Origin: Batkoa obscura
Lineage: Eukaryota
Length of the DNA stretch: 48,760 nt
Direction of reading: 5' to 3'
Assembly (NCBI GenBank): GCA_030770535.1
Contig: JASVEC010000116.1
Span: 1 to 48,760, forward strand
The notes under the pieces were generated by a model. It was not told where the DNA came from and did no database searches. It was given only the letters and a program-made list of their open reading frames with translations. The position numbers were made by a program, and so were the translations under genes. Below are positions 1 through 12,630 of the stretch, piece by piece (the first letter of the stretch is position 1; every line of letters begins with the position of its first letter).

Positions 1-1131
1 TCATAGCTGGCTTGGTTCAAATGGAAATGGATTATTTGCTTGATGCTGGCTTTGCCCATTCAACAATGGGGTTCTTTCAGTCGGCATTTTGTAAAGTTTC
101 AAACTATTAAAAAGTTGGAACTAACTAGAGTATTTATATTTATAATAGGTGATGTAATCCCGAGTATATAAACCTTAAATTCATTGGCTATAATTTTCTT
201 GTCTGGAATATAGATTGATCACTATTACTATAGCCAGTATTTAGCTAATACTTTAAAGCTCACTGGTCTTTGGGATATACCACTAACCAAAAATGATTGG
301 CTTAAAAATCTTAATATTTGTTTAAGGTAAAATAGTTCAAATTTTTCAGAGGTTTGGAATTGGTAAAGTAACACTATCTACCTTCAAATATAGCAACTAT
401 TTATAGGTATTTCAATATTAGATTATTAGATTATTCAAGCTTTTATTAAAAAATAAGCTACTATTTTCATGCTAAAAAAATATTAGACATTTATATCTTT
501 AGATCTACTCTAGTATTAAACTGATGGCATTTGGTCAAAGTTTCTTATTTTTAGAGCAATACATAATATTAAATGTGAGTTGGGCTTTTATTCGATTTCT
601 GCACTTTTTAAACAAACTCAAGACTGTTAGGATATATAATTGCAATAGTACTTTGCTTTGCTATATTTGTTAGCAGTCATTATGTCATCATAAGATTAAT
701 CCCTTATTGGAAATTTCAAAAAAGCCACTGCTATAATTAATAATATCTTTTTTAAAATTGAGATAGTATAGGAACTTACGAAAAATTTTAATTTGTTTCT
801 CAAAATCCAGCTTTGGTTAAAAGCTTGTATTATATGAATAACCATGTACTGCAATGTTTCATTTGGAAATTATTTTAAGCATGAATCGAGCATCTATTTT
901 TTTACAATAACCCAATACTAAAATAGAAAAGTTACCAAAACGAGTTTATCGAATACAAACTAAAAATGCTCAGCCCATGTTTAAATTAAATCCTGGATGA
1001 AGCATTTTAGCATGTAGTTCCTACCTAATATTAGTTTTAGACTGATTTTTCAACGAATAAAATACTTTTAGTTTTAGTTTTTGAAATTAAATATTCACTA
1101 TCCCCAACTTTTTTATGTAAACATAGCATAT

Positions 1132-1225
1132 GGGAGTGTTTTGACTTCATTATTTTTTCCATTTTTAAGCGCTATTTGAGCGGAAAAATTGTTTGTAAAG
1201 TTCTTAAACGCAAAAATACATTCCC
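1132..1225 (-). mobile_element. ~98-bp MITE
   Basis: Family match, GGG...CCC ends, TSD ATAT/ATAT. Confidence 0.88.
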
Positions 1226-3285
1226 ATATTGTAATCAAGCTAATTTGTTCATAAAATCTCAATTTTAAACAGCCAATGACATTATCATTAATATTAAAGT
1301 ACTTTATAACAAACTGCTCCATCAAAGGTTACAATTTTGAGTATATTTATGCTTTTGTGAATAAGGTCAATGTTTCTGAATAAACATTTTACTTTAGAAA
1401 AGAATATGTCAAAGAATAATACACTGCACATAAGAAGCCTCCATCTAGGTACGTCCCTTTGCTTAAAATTTAACGTTCAGTAATAACTCTTATATAGCTA
1501 TAATTTTAAATCTGAATGAAAACAGAAGATAAAGAAGTAATAAGGCGTGAATGGAATATGGTCAAAAAAAGTGAAAGCAGTAAGAACGATGATGATTGAA
1601 ATCCCAATTTTGAATAAGTTTAGAGGATTAGAACTTAAAACTAAGGAATTCGAAAAAAAATGTTCTATTAGAATTAAAGATGTTAAGAAAAGCTTAAGTC
1701 ATAAACCCAAATTACAATTGAATGGCGTCAACCTATACATACTTCCAATGGATTTGTAAAAAAGCTCTCTTGAAAGTACACATCAATTCAATTTAGTCCT
1801 ATTTTTATAACTTTCTTTTTAGCAAAAGCAATTTATAGACTTGCTTATTGAAATCTTGAAACACCCTAACAATAATGTTGTATATATAGACAACTCGAAA
1901 GTCAGATATTTAATAAAATGCAGAAAAAGAAATCCCCTTAGTTATTGCATGCTGTACTTTCTCCTTTCTCCTTTCCTTTTCCAATTAATTTAATATTCAG
2001 AAAATGCCTATTATTCGAAGATAATTATTTTTACTTTAAACTTAAAAGGATGGCCGATTTGAGTTCAAAAGATTATTTATTCAATTCGTTCCTATTGTAA
2101 ATATGTTATTTAACCGAACTTAGTCAAGGATTTTGGACATTGCTTTGTAAATATGCGGTAAGTTGTTTAAATTATTCTATTTTGTTTAACTTCAATCGCC
2201 ATTTTTAATTAAAGGAATAGAGTAATGTACTTATAAATTGATTAAAATCTAACAGCGATAATAGGCTGATGCACTCCTCAGGACTTGTCGATGAAATAGA
2301 TAGTAAAATCCTTTTAAAAAATAAAGATCACTTTACTTTAGATCGTAATATGGTATGGGATCATTGGACTTCCTGCGAATTTATAGTCACAGAAGATTAT
2401 GAGAAATATATAACGTATAAACTACTATCTTTAAACCTTTGCTTAGTCTTAACTAGATCGACGTTTTCTATGGCTAAAGAAAAGGTGTTCTATATATATT
2501 AGGTATATAAATATTAAACAATTGTTATTTAGCTACTTGAAAATGAAATAAAAAAGCTTAAACTTTTGTTTATATTTGACTTTGAGAAAAATACAGTTAT
2601 ACCCAATGAAGTGGATCAGCAGAGTCGCCAAGTTTATGAATCAATTTATAAATCATATTTAATAATTATATGTGGTTTGAGAAAATCAAAGAAAAGACCA
2701 AGCCATCACTATCGAGAAATCCCCTTTTTTACTAAATTATGTCTCAGGTCCTATTAAATTTATCATAATTATTTCTCTTTATCCAAAGCTTAAGTTACAC
2801 TAAGGGGGGCCACAGTTTAGATTTCAGAGTATTTAATGTTTTTCACTTAAAAAAATTGGACCTGAGCTTTCAGACATTTTGAACAGCTTAAAGAATTTCA
2901 CAACTAGGGAGCCTAATAATCTACATAGCATTTCTTTATATATCAGCATTACCTTTATAATTTCTTGTTATTATGGATGTACTGTCTTTGTACGTGATTA
3001 TAGTCCTGAAGACAGTTTACTCTTTTCAAAGCCCCTTGAAACTTTAAGAGCTATTTCTAATTATTTTGCGACAGTGACATATGAAAGATCCTGACACTAT
3101 TGAAACAAAGAAAAGGGAATCAAACCTGTATATTGCCTCCTCTTAGAAAATTAAATTAAATTGTTCTAAAAATAAAAAATAAAAGTGCACTAAAATGAAT
3201 AAAAGTTAATGTGAATCAAAAAGAAATAAAAAGAAAGTTAAATAACTATTTCAGAACATTTTATTTAATAAAAAGATAAGAATGA

Positions 3286-4383
3286 TTAATAAAACCCCAA
3301 CTGATTTTGGTGAAGAGAGTCATATGTAGCAGATGGGAAGTAAGGCTGATCAAAACTTTGATTTAAGTTTGGTTGAATATTATGGGATTCTGTTGTAGGT
3401 TGGAAGGCATCTATGAAATAATTGTTATTATAATCACTATAATGAGAGTCATAATAATGCTGGTTTTCCAGTGGATCAGAATACCCTAGGATGGTATCGA
3501 ATTGTGGAGTTGCACTCAAATGTGGGGATACATTAGCGGAATGAGAGTAAATCATTGGTTGAAATTGATCATTTGATAATAATAATGGACTAGTATCGTT
3601 ATTCATAAATAGTGTATTAAATTGAGGCATATTATTATTTAGAGTTGGGGTTGCTACATTATCAATCTGTATATCTGGAACAATAATAGGAGGGTTATTG
3701 ATCTTTATGTCATTATAGTAGTTATTATTTTGATTAAAATTACTCTTGACTACAACATTTGCCAAACTATAGTTATCGCTATTTATTTGGGTTTTTGAAA
3801 ATAAGTTTATATTAACTGGATTGTTGTTTAATACATGGGCTAAATCTAATTGGAATTTACGTTGGAATTTTAGTATCCATGAGATATTAGGTGTAAAATT
3901 AGGCAAGTTCATTTGTATAGATAAATTATAAGCATAACTTACTATGTCCTCTTTAGTAATATCATTTCTAATCTTAATTAATTGATTCAGCCCTTCATTT
4001 TCTTTGGCTTCATTTCCTCTATAAATCTTTGGCTTTTGGTCAACATTTAATCCATAAGTACACCATTTAAACAGTTCGATTTCTAAATCATCAAACTCTC
4101 CTTTTCTCAATCTTTTTCTTGAATCATCATAAAAATCCAATGCTCCTTCTGTCACCAACTTTTTATTTAGTAATATTTTGGTTACAGTACTCCTTCCTAC
4201 CTTTAGTCTATTTGCTATAGCTTGATGACTTAACCCTTGTTTCGATAACTCTATTATTAATTTCTTACAGCCTATATCAAGTACCTTCCTTCTTTTTATC
4301 TCACCATCATTTTTCTTATGTGTATTGCTGTTATTGATGCACATAACAGATAAATTATCGCTCAATGACTGCACTGAATCCAT
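3286..4383 (-). CDS. CENP-B/pogo-derived DNA-binding protein (CENP-B N-terminal HTH plus Tc5/CENPB HTH, N/Q/P-rich tail, no DDE domain)
   Basis: 365 aa ORF. KRRKVLDIGCKKLIIELSKQGLSHQAIANRLKVGRSTVTKIL is an HTH_psq-like motif. RKRLRKGEFDDLEIELFKW...NISWILKFQRKF matches the CENPB-type HTH. The C-terminus is low complexity. Confidence 0.8.
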   Translation of the reverse strand: MDSVQSLSDNLSVMCINNSNTHKKNDGEIKRRKVLDIGCKKLIIELSKQGLSHQAIANRLKVGRSTVTKILLNKKLVTEGALDFYDDSRKRLRKGEFDDLEIELFKWCTYGLNVDQKPKIYRGNEAKENEGLNQLIKIRNDITKEDIVSYAYNLSIQMNLPNFTPNISWILKFQRKFQLDLAHVLNNNPVNINLFSKTQINSDNYSLANVVVKSNFNQNNNYYNDIKINNPPIIVPDIQIDNVATPTLNNNMPQFNTLFMNNDTSPLLLSNDQFQPMIYSHSANVSPHLSATPQFDTILGYSDPLENQHYYDSHYSDYNNNYFIDAFQPTTESHNIQPNLNQSFDQPYFPSATYDSLHQNQLGFY

Positions 4384-5721
4384 GCTTTGTTATTTATTTA
4401 TTTATTTGAAATATCTTCAATAGACTGTTAACCTCCCTTTAAATAATTTTAAAAGCTTATCACGGCAAAATCTGTAATTTGACCATAATATATGTTCTTT
4501 TAATTTTAAGAACATTGGTAAAGTTTATAATTAATGAGGAATAAATGTTGCCTTTTTAAGTAGGTCACATTTTTAATACAAGAATTTTAATTCTAATTAG
4601 GAAATAAATTATTTCATATCGCTTTATAACTTCTAATTTAATATAAAGCTTTTAATTAAATGCAAAAATACAATAGTTATTTTATCAAAACATTACAATA
4701 TTATCATAATTAAATCTATTATTTTATTATTAGCATTATTATTCAATAACTTTACCTTAAAAATCTTGCACTACACCAAATTTTTATAGCAACTTTTAAT
4801 TACTAATTGAAGACTAATTTTAAATTGTTTTTATAAAATTTTATTAATTAATATGATAAAAACTAACATGATGAAACCTCAAAATTAAATATCATATCTC
4901 AAAATATCTTTTTTCTATATTATAAGCTGTTATTGACAAAAGCATCAAGAATATCATTCCTAGAACTAGCTACATTTAAATGTCTTTATTTTATTCGTAT
5001 GTAAAACTACTTCAATTAAATACTGCATATCCTCCTTTTGATCCATATTTTACCTGTTATGATATCCAATCATATTAATTTATTTCTCAAATCGAATTCT
5101 GATAATCCTAATAAAACGTTATAAAAGGTCAAGTTTAATTTTTGAAGTTTTAAACTCTGAGATAAAAACATAAGAAAGCTCTAACAAATTTCGTTTTTTG
5201 ATTTTTTTGCAACTGACTGAAGTTACCTAAAATTTTATTAGTTTTATATTTTATCAGCTTGTTTAATATCTCCTTAGCTTTTTTAAATAAAATATTGAGC
5301 CTTTTATACGTTTACGTTTTTGAAGAAGGATTATAAAATGCGATTTCAATTAAAATACAACCAATTTATTAACACAAATAGCTAATACAAAGGAATATAA
5401 TAATTTAAAGGTAAATACTTGGTCTTATCAAAAAAAACAAGGGTAGTACTGACAGTATTTGTTGTCCATTCAGAATTAAGCTAATGAGCCTTATTAAGTC
5501 AAAGATTCCTTTTATGACCCCAGATATCTAAAAGAAAATCCTTGAAAGATATGATACAATTGTCTCAATTAATGATATTAGATGTATATTGAGAGATTCA
5601 TGTAATTTTCTACCCTCTTTCGTTGTTTAATGTTACAGCTTAATATTGTTTATTATAAGTAAATTGACTACCAAGTTTTGCAGAATGACTTATTAAATTT
5701 TTATACTTTTGATAAATATAT

Positions 5722-5819
5722 GGAGATGTATTTTTGTGTTTAAGAATTTTGCTGATAACTTTTCCACTCAAATAGCACTTAAAGGATGGAAAAAGTAATG
5801 AAGCCAAAAAAACACCCCC
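5722..5819 (+). mobile_element. ~98-bp MITE
   Basis: GGAGATGTATTTTTG...ACACCCCC, TSD ATAT. Confidence 0.9.
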
Positions 5820-6578
5820 ATATATTATTATTTATACTATAATGAGCTTTGATTGAAATCAAGATCATCATAAATATTTTGTCAAGTATTAAATTTGAGA
5901 TCTTTCATTTTTGATATTATAATTTTTTCTAAAATTATTGAAGCTTCAAAGAGGTTCAAATGATTTACTAGTCAATTAGGATTTGTACAATACATGATAC
6001 AAAAAGGAGATTAGTATAAGAAGTAAGGGAAGATACTCATGCCCAAAATTAATTAGGCTTAGAAGACTCCTTTGTTCACAACCTTCTTTTTTACGTTGAT
6101 CTCAAAAAGCCTAATGTTTAATCAATGGCGGCTTTTTAATTGTAGAATAATCTAATATGCCACAATTGGTTGTTTTAGGCCAGTAGTTTAAGATAAGAAT
6201 TGGGCTCTCTTTGGGTAATATAAACTCTAGTTAAGAAATATATGTTTTTTTGGTCTGAGCGTTACTATTGTGTCCAACGTTCTCTCTTTTCTTATTTAAA
6301 TCCACAAAATTTTCTCAACAAATACTGATATAGACATGAAACTCTAAAAAAAAATATACCATTATTTTTGAAACTAATATTTTGAATTAAAAGTCTATTT
6401 TTTAAGCCTTTATGGTCTAAAGATAAATCTTATAAAATGTTTTGCTACATTCTTTAAATAATATTACTTTTAAAAAATTTCTAAATTGTGAATGCTTTTA
6501 GCATCAATAATAAAAACTTAATGATTACAATATGTATCATAGCAGTTGAAGGTATAGTAACTATATGAATATTAATAT

Positions 6579-8784
6579 TTATTTGTTATTAAATTTAAGT
6601 TTGATAAGGTATCTATAATATAATGATTAGTTTTAGAAATGTATTATACATTAAACCTACTTCATTTTGATTTGATCAATGTCATAAACAATATACTCGT
6701 TGTATTGTAAAAAAAGACTAGTATCATCCGAAGATATAGGTGCACCTTTTGGTACTACTGTTTTATTTTCAAGTATAAGATCATCTTTTGGATCTGGATA
6801 TAATCGACCCAATCCTTTTGTACAATGTGCTTTATTGTTTTTAGAATTTTCTCCAGCATAATAATCTGAACCTTTTAGTTTGAATTCATCTCCTAGTGCA
6901 ACTTCACATAACAACATTAATCCTTCATTATTCGATATACTAGAACAGCAGTAATTGGCACTCTATATTTTTTAAGAATAATTGAATAGATTATTGAATA
7001 GTAATTACCTTTGATACAATATCAGCAAAATAAACACCTTTTCCAAACATATACCCTGTAACTGGGGCTTCAGGAGGTGCAATTCTAAGCCCCTGAGATA
7101 AAATACCGACGAAATTGGTCATTCTAGACCCATGCCATAATAATTTTCTGTTATGCAATGACTCAAATTTCTTAAAGCTTTCATCTTCTCCATTACGAAT
7201 TAATTCAAAAGCATCTTGAACCTATAAAAAATTAACAAGTTACTTGAAAAACTAAAAAACAATTTACCTCTAAATCATACCAATTATGAGTACTACCGTG
7301 TGTGTTTTTAACATATTCTTTAATAAGCTCAAATTCTCTTCCTCCTTTATCAAGTGGTTTAATATTATTATTTAATGCTTTATACCTTGAATCAATAGGA
7401 TTAACACTAGTATCGATTTCATCAACCTTTTTCATTAAACTATTGGCTATTTGTATTTCAGCTAATGATTCTACTAGCTCAAGCTTATTTTTTAATAATT
7501 CTTTTGTTGCAATAACAGGCGGTCTTCTCATACCATAAGCATGAGGTATAATTGTGTAAAATAAAGAACTTAGTTCTTCGAGTTTAGAGTATCTAATTAA
7601 AATTAGTTAATAATTTAATTTGTTTAATATCAATTACTTATTCAATGAATTTGTCAACTCTTCAGCAATATCTTTCAAAACTTGCATACTCTTTTTTATA
7701 TGATCTTTTGTCAATTTCCCAAGAGGCATTTTCTTAGTATCATAAGAAAATTGAGACATTGAATCATTCATCATTTTGACATCAAACATCCTTTTAACTA
7801 ATTCATATACCCTTGGTTCTAATTTTGATTTAGCTACTGGTTTTTCATCCGAATCTTGGTCTTTTGACTTTATGATTCCATCCACACTCTTGTCATTGCC
7901 ATCATCATCATCTTCATAATCTCTTTCCATCACAAAATACTTACCAGATCTATGAGTATAAGGAAATACCTGCCATCTATTACCACTTTTTGCAAAGAAT
8001 TTAGAAGTAAACTTGCTAATTGCTTGGTCAAGATTTTGATTGAACTTATCCAAAGAAGTTTGTCCATTTACTCCAACCCTACCCCATCTGGCCCAAACGT
8101 AGTAATTATTTTTGGTATCAACAAGTAGTTGCAGAACAAAGAATTTATTGTTATTTTGTCCAAGATTAGTTTGATTTAACATAGCATCAAATAATATATT
8201 ATTTTCTAAGTACACTGAAACTTCAGATCCAATTGAACAAAGTTCATCTACAGCCTTGATTATAAATATTAATTTTGGATTCAAACATTAATACAAAACA
8301 TTTACTTTCTTTGCAATACCTTGATCAAAAGTAGCAACTTTGTTAATTTTAGATGCTTTATTATCATCTTCTGTATCACTTAGTGCTCTTTTTATTGACT
8401 TTATTGCATCATCAGATAGTATTAAATATTTATCATGTGAAACAATCTCATCTTCCTCAATACACTTTTCAACAAATTTTAAACTGACAATAAAAGTATC
8501 TTTCCATCCCATTGCTTGAGTTAATTTCTTAGGCATATCTTTTTTATCCTCTTCAGTTGCAATGATGTAGTTTAGCTAAAAAATATTAAAAGTTTGATCT
8601 AGTTTATTATTTTAGTTACCTTTTTTAGATAACGTGTTAAAACAATACCACCTAACTTTTGAATTTTGTCAACTATTTGTAACTTTTCACCTTCAATAAC
8701 AGCAGTCTCAGTGAATAAAATAGAAATTCCATCGAATAAAAGTTTGCTTGAGTTGATATTATTTGATCGTTTAGCTTTGGCCAT
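6579..8784 (-). CDS. PARP: Poly(ADP-ribose) polymerase (BRCT-WGR-regulatory-catalytic), 7 exons
   Basis: Exons 8784-8620, 8575-8306, 8254-7638, 7592-7268, 7221-7009, 6962-6661 and 6612-6579 join in frame across GT-AG introns of 44-51 nt. Motifs seen: [62 protein letters not shown] (H-Y-E triad intact). Confidence 0.95.
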
Positions 8785-9710
8785 TGTTTTTATCTTTAAT
8801 TTTTAATTTCAAATCTTCATTTTTGTCCTTTATATACTTTTCAATCCTCTAAATATTACACTTGTTATGCCTTTTACCGTATTTATTCATGTTATATATT
8901 TCAACTAATTAAAAAGAGTTTAACTCATCTAAACCAGAATTCACTGCGCAAGCACGATATTCAGTTAATAGAATTCTATAGCTATTGGATTCTTTTAAAT
9001 AGCGCAGCAGTTACTCTTTAATTTTTATTCCACTTGTTTTTTTACTGCGCATTATATTTTTAATATATGGGATTGTCTGAATTATTTTCATTATTTTATC
9101 CAATTTTTGAAAAATTTTGTATTTTAAAAACTTTGCTTAAAATTCTATAAAACCACATCTTTTATTAAAACAAAAGTACCTGGAAACAGCTCTAAATCAT
9201 TCGATTATAGCTCATACTGTAAATTAGATGAATTTCTACTAGATCTTAAATATTTATTTTTATAAAGTTTAATTCAGAAATATTTTATCAACTGCTTTAT
9301 AACCAACATTGCAGATTTATTATCAAATAAATAATCTATTTCTATCATTCAACAAACTACTTACTTGCTTAGTAAATATCGAAATTTTTAAATTCTCTGT
9401 TATTTTCGTAAGGTAAGCTGGGATCGATCTTTTAATTTTTCTGTTTTCTATAGACTCTATAACTTTAATTGGGACTATATCGCTTTTTTTTGATGTATCA
9501 GATACTGGATAACAATGTAGTTTATTGTTATGTTTAATAAAGTGTAAATACTTCTTAATGCCTTGGATCTCTATTATTCTTTTTGTATTTTTGTTTCTTT
9601 TATACTTTTTAAAAATTATATCTGTTTTCCCATTATTAACAGTCGAGTTATTAATTTTATTATGCTCGCAAATAAAAGCCTCAAATCCTGAAATTAACTG
9701 ATTAGTATCT

Positions 9711-9808
9711 GGGGATATATTTTTATGTTTAAGAATTTCGCTACAATCTTTCCACTCAAATAGCGCTTGAAAAATGGAGAAAGTAATGAAACCAAAAAAA
9801 ACAGCCCC
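9711..9808 (+). mobile_element. ~98-bp MITE nested in copy A (in-frame)
   Basis: TSD ATCT/ATCT; absent from the other copies at this site. Confidence 0.92.
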
Positions 9809-9960
9809 ATCTTCTATTTTACCTAACGCTTCAAAACTACTTTTCCATTTTGAAAGGTTTCCAAAATGTCCATCAACTATACTTTTTCCATGATGCTTAG
9901 CAAAAAAATTAAGATTGACATTCAAGCTACTATCTATTTTATGAATTTCTTTAAACATAT

Positions 9961-10058
9961 GGGAATGTTTTTTTTGACTTCATTATTTTTTCCATTTTTA
10001 AGTGCTATTTAAGCGAAAAATTTGTTAGTAAAGTTCTTGAACACAAAAATACATCCCC
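9961..10058 (-). mobile_element. ~98-bp MITE nested in copy A
   Basis: TSD ATAT; site is empty in copies C and D. Confidence 0.92.
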
Positions 10059-11373
10059 ATATAGTGTAGAAACTCTTGGGATCAAAATGGTTTCCTGTAT
10101 CTGCCCATATATTAATTTTTGTAAACTTTTTAAATAGAAGCTCTGTAAAGATTAAATCGATTAAACAATCTCCTGCATATCCTGAATCATGATTCAATAT
10201 TTCAGATAAATAATCAAAGTAAACTTTGCCTATTGTTTTATCATCTTTTAAATATAATACACCAAAGCCTAATACTGATATAGCTTGTTTATTATAATCA
10301 TCTAGATTTATTGAATCTGGTCTTGTTCCTATTTCCATATTTTGTTTAAGATCTAAAATTATTATACAACTTTTGTTATTTAATTTTTTAATAGTTTCAT
10401 TAAATGTGTTTTTTTGAGTATCAACACAGAATTTATGTAATTTGTATAATTTTTCTTCTTCGTTGAAAATTTCTTGTATCTCTGCTTTGTTTTTTGCTGT
10501 ATTTATTTTATTTTCAAATAACTTTTTTCTAACTGTATACTGAGCACATATATTACATAGATCCGTTTTTCTTGCTGGATTTTTGAAATTAGTTGGTATA
10601 TATTTAAAGAACGTTGACCTAGCTACTGCTTTATCTCTTAGATCATTCAAATATTTACTATATATCATTCTTCTACTTTTATTTAATATATATATTATCT
10701 GATGAATATTTACTATCATTATTTTTTTTATTAAATCTTGATGAAATAGTTGAATCATTTAGTAAATATTGTATAATAGTTTCAATTTGGTCATCTTTAA
10801 TTTTTTTTGTATTTTTAATAATAGGTTTTAATGTTGATATTTTACTATTATTACTTATTTTTGAATAATCATATTGATTTCTATTTATATTAAACTCAAA
10901 ACTCTTACATTCGTCAAAAGAATATACTGAAGCTGTAGTTGATAATAACGCTACCTGTTGATTTTTATTTCCTGTTTCCCTTAAAGCACTAATTTTATAC
11001 ATTGTTTGATTAAGTTTATTATTATTGATACTAAATTTTGATAATACATCTTTTCTTTGTTTTGTTTTGTTTTGTTTTGTTTTATTATAAAATTCCATAA
11101 ACCTTGAGTTATCATAAGTAGCTCTTAAAATTGATGTAAATGAATTACAATGCTTATATTATATATTTGTTAAATACCTAACAGAAATAACATAAAACAT
11201 GTAGTTAGGAAAACTGGCTATTTAAGAAAAGGAAACAATTAAAATAAGTTTCAAATAAAAAGATTTAATTTAGGCTCTCTAAATTTAACCGTCACATTAG
11301 ACACAAATTTAAAAATCTAAAATTTGAATTAACTTCTAAGTAAATTCTGAAACCAATTCGGACAGCCCCATAT

Positions 11374-11468
11374 GGGGATATATTTTTGTGTTTAAGAATT
11401 TTACTAACAATTTTTCCTTTCAAATAGCACTTAAAATGGGAAAAGTAACGGAGACAAAAAACACTCCC
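11374..11468 (+). mobile_element. ~98-bp MITE abutting copy A
   Basis: Shares the ATAT at 11370-11373 with copy A; ATAT on its right flank. Confidence 0.9.
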
Positions 11469-12492
11469 ATATATTAGAAATTGACAGTATTGTGAAATAT
11501 CGCTTTGTCAGTCCCATGGTTAATTATAACATAACAATCGCCTAAACTGTTGTGTTCTCGAGCTCAGAGGAAATCAATCCCATGTTCTTATTTTGATTTT
11601 TTATGAGAATTTCTAGCTCCATCCAAAAGAATATTATCTTCTCATTTTGATATTTATACTTTTCAGAGTATAAAAGAGTTTACAGAGTATAATAGTTCGA
11701 GGCTTTTTAACTGAATTATTCCCTGATATCTCGAGCATTTAATAAAGCCACTAAGTTTTCTTAATAGTATTTTACATAGATTTTACATTAGTATTGTCTA
11801 TTCTATTTGTCTTATATAGCTTGTAACCTATTACGTGGTATTCCTCATAATCCAAGTCTATCTTAGTCACATAAACTAAGACCTTTCGACTTATAGTGTA
11901 GTCAACCCAGCAATAGCTGTTCTTGACTCCAAACCCTGAGTACCAGATTTCACAGTATAATTAAGTACAAAAAGATGGGTGTAATTGCACTATTTAATCA
12001 ATTTAATACAATTTTTATAACACCTTTATAACTAACTAAATATTACAACTGTGCCTTTTGTATTTAGCTATACTGTTTATGAAAAAACTAAAGTGAGTCT
12101 CAAAATAAAAACATCTATAATATTAAGATTTTCATTTGATGACTAGAAAATGACTAAAGATTATTGTTGAAATCATCTTTTTTTAATTAATTGGAATTAT
12201 ATTAATAAAATAGTTTTATGACAAAAAATTAATAACAATATAATTTAATTCAATAGACATTTAAAATTAATTTTAGAAAAATCTACTTCGCTAAAAATAT
12301 TAGGTTAATTTATAAGCAATTTTAAATAAAGGTAAATTACTTACAGACCGGATTCGATAATGCTATACTTAGCTTTGAATAATATTTATCTGATGATTCT
12401 ATAGCAAACATTCATTTTATTTTATATCGTTTTGAATATTGAGAAACAAAGATTTTAACAATACAATTATTATTTATTCAGTTTCATTATAT

Positions 12493-12590
12493 GGGGATGT
12501 ATTTTTGTGTTTAAGAATTTTACTAACAATCTTTCTACTTAAATAGCGCTTAAAAAATGGAAAAGTAATGAAATCAAAAAAAACATCCCC
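12493..12590 (+). mobile_element. ~98-bp MITE (near-consensus)
   Basis: GGGGATGT...ACATCCCC, TSD ATAT. Confidence 0.93.
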
Positions 12591-12630
12591 ATATATTAAA
12601 CAATAACTCCCCATAATATCTTATAATGTA

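Larger units (their letters stand above)
9069..11369 (-). mobile_element. Sola2-like DNA transposon copy A (both TIRs, defective)
   Basis: TIRs GGGATTGTCTGAATTATTTTC and GAAACCAATTCGGACAGCCCC, with ATAT on both flanks. Transposase fragments at 10679-11098, 10009-10758 and 9323-9958. Start codon region deleted, two MITE insertions, and the 3' hairpin segment is absent. Confidence 0.9.

Noticed and set aside
1..1020. Coding-like patches at the window start
   Set aside because: They may be a decayed gene, but they contain stops and I recognise no family.
1113..1325. Short ORFs overlapping MITEs (also 15338-15556, 18311-18529, 27456-27677, 30636-30857, 34069-34257)
   Set aside because: They are chance read-throughs of the MITE or transposon sequence.
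1547..3094. Four 63-77 aa plus-strand ORFs
   Set aside because: Most have non-ATG starts, none has a recognisable motif, and no convincing splice pattern links them.
7302..7538. Antisense or alternative-frame ORFs (also 12734-12916, 13952-14188, 17148-17393, 32412-32600, 40737-41000, 42063-42287)
   Set aside because: They are shadows of real genes, the pseudogene or the transposase.
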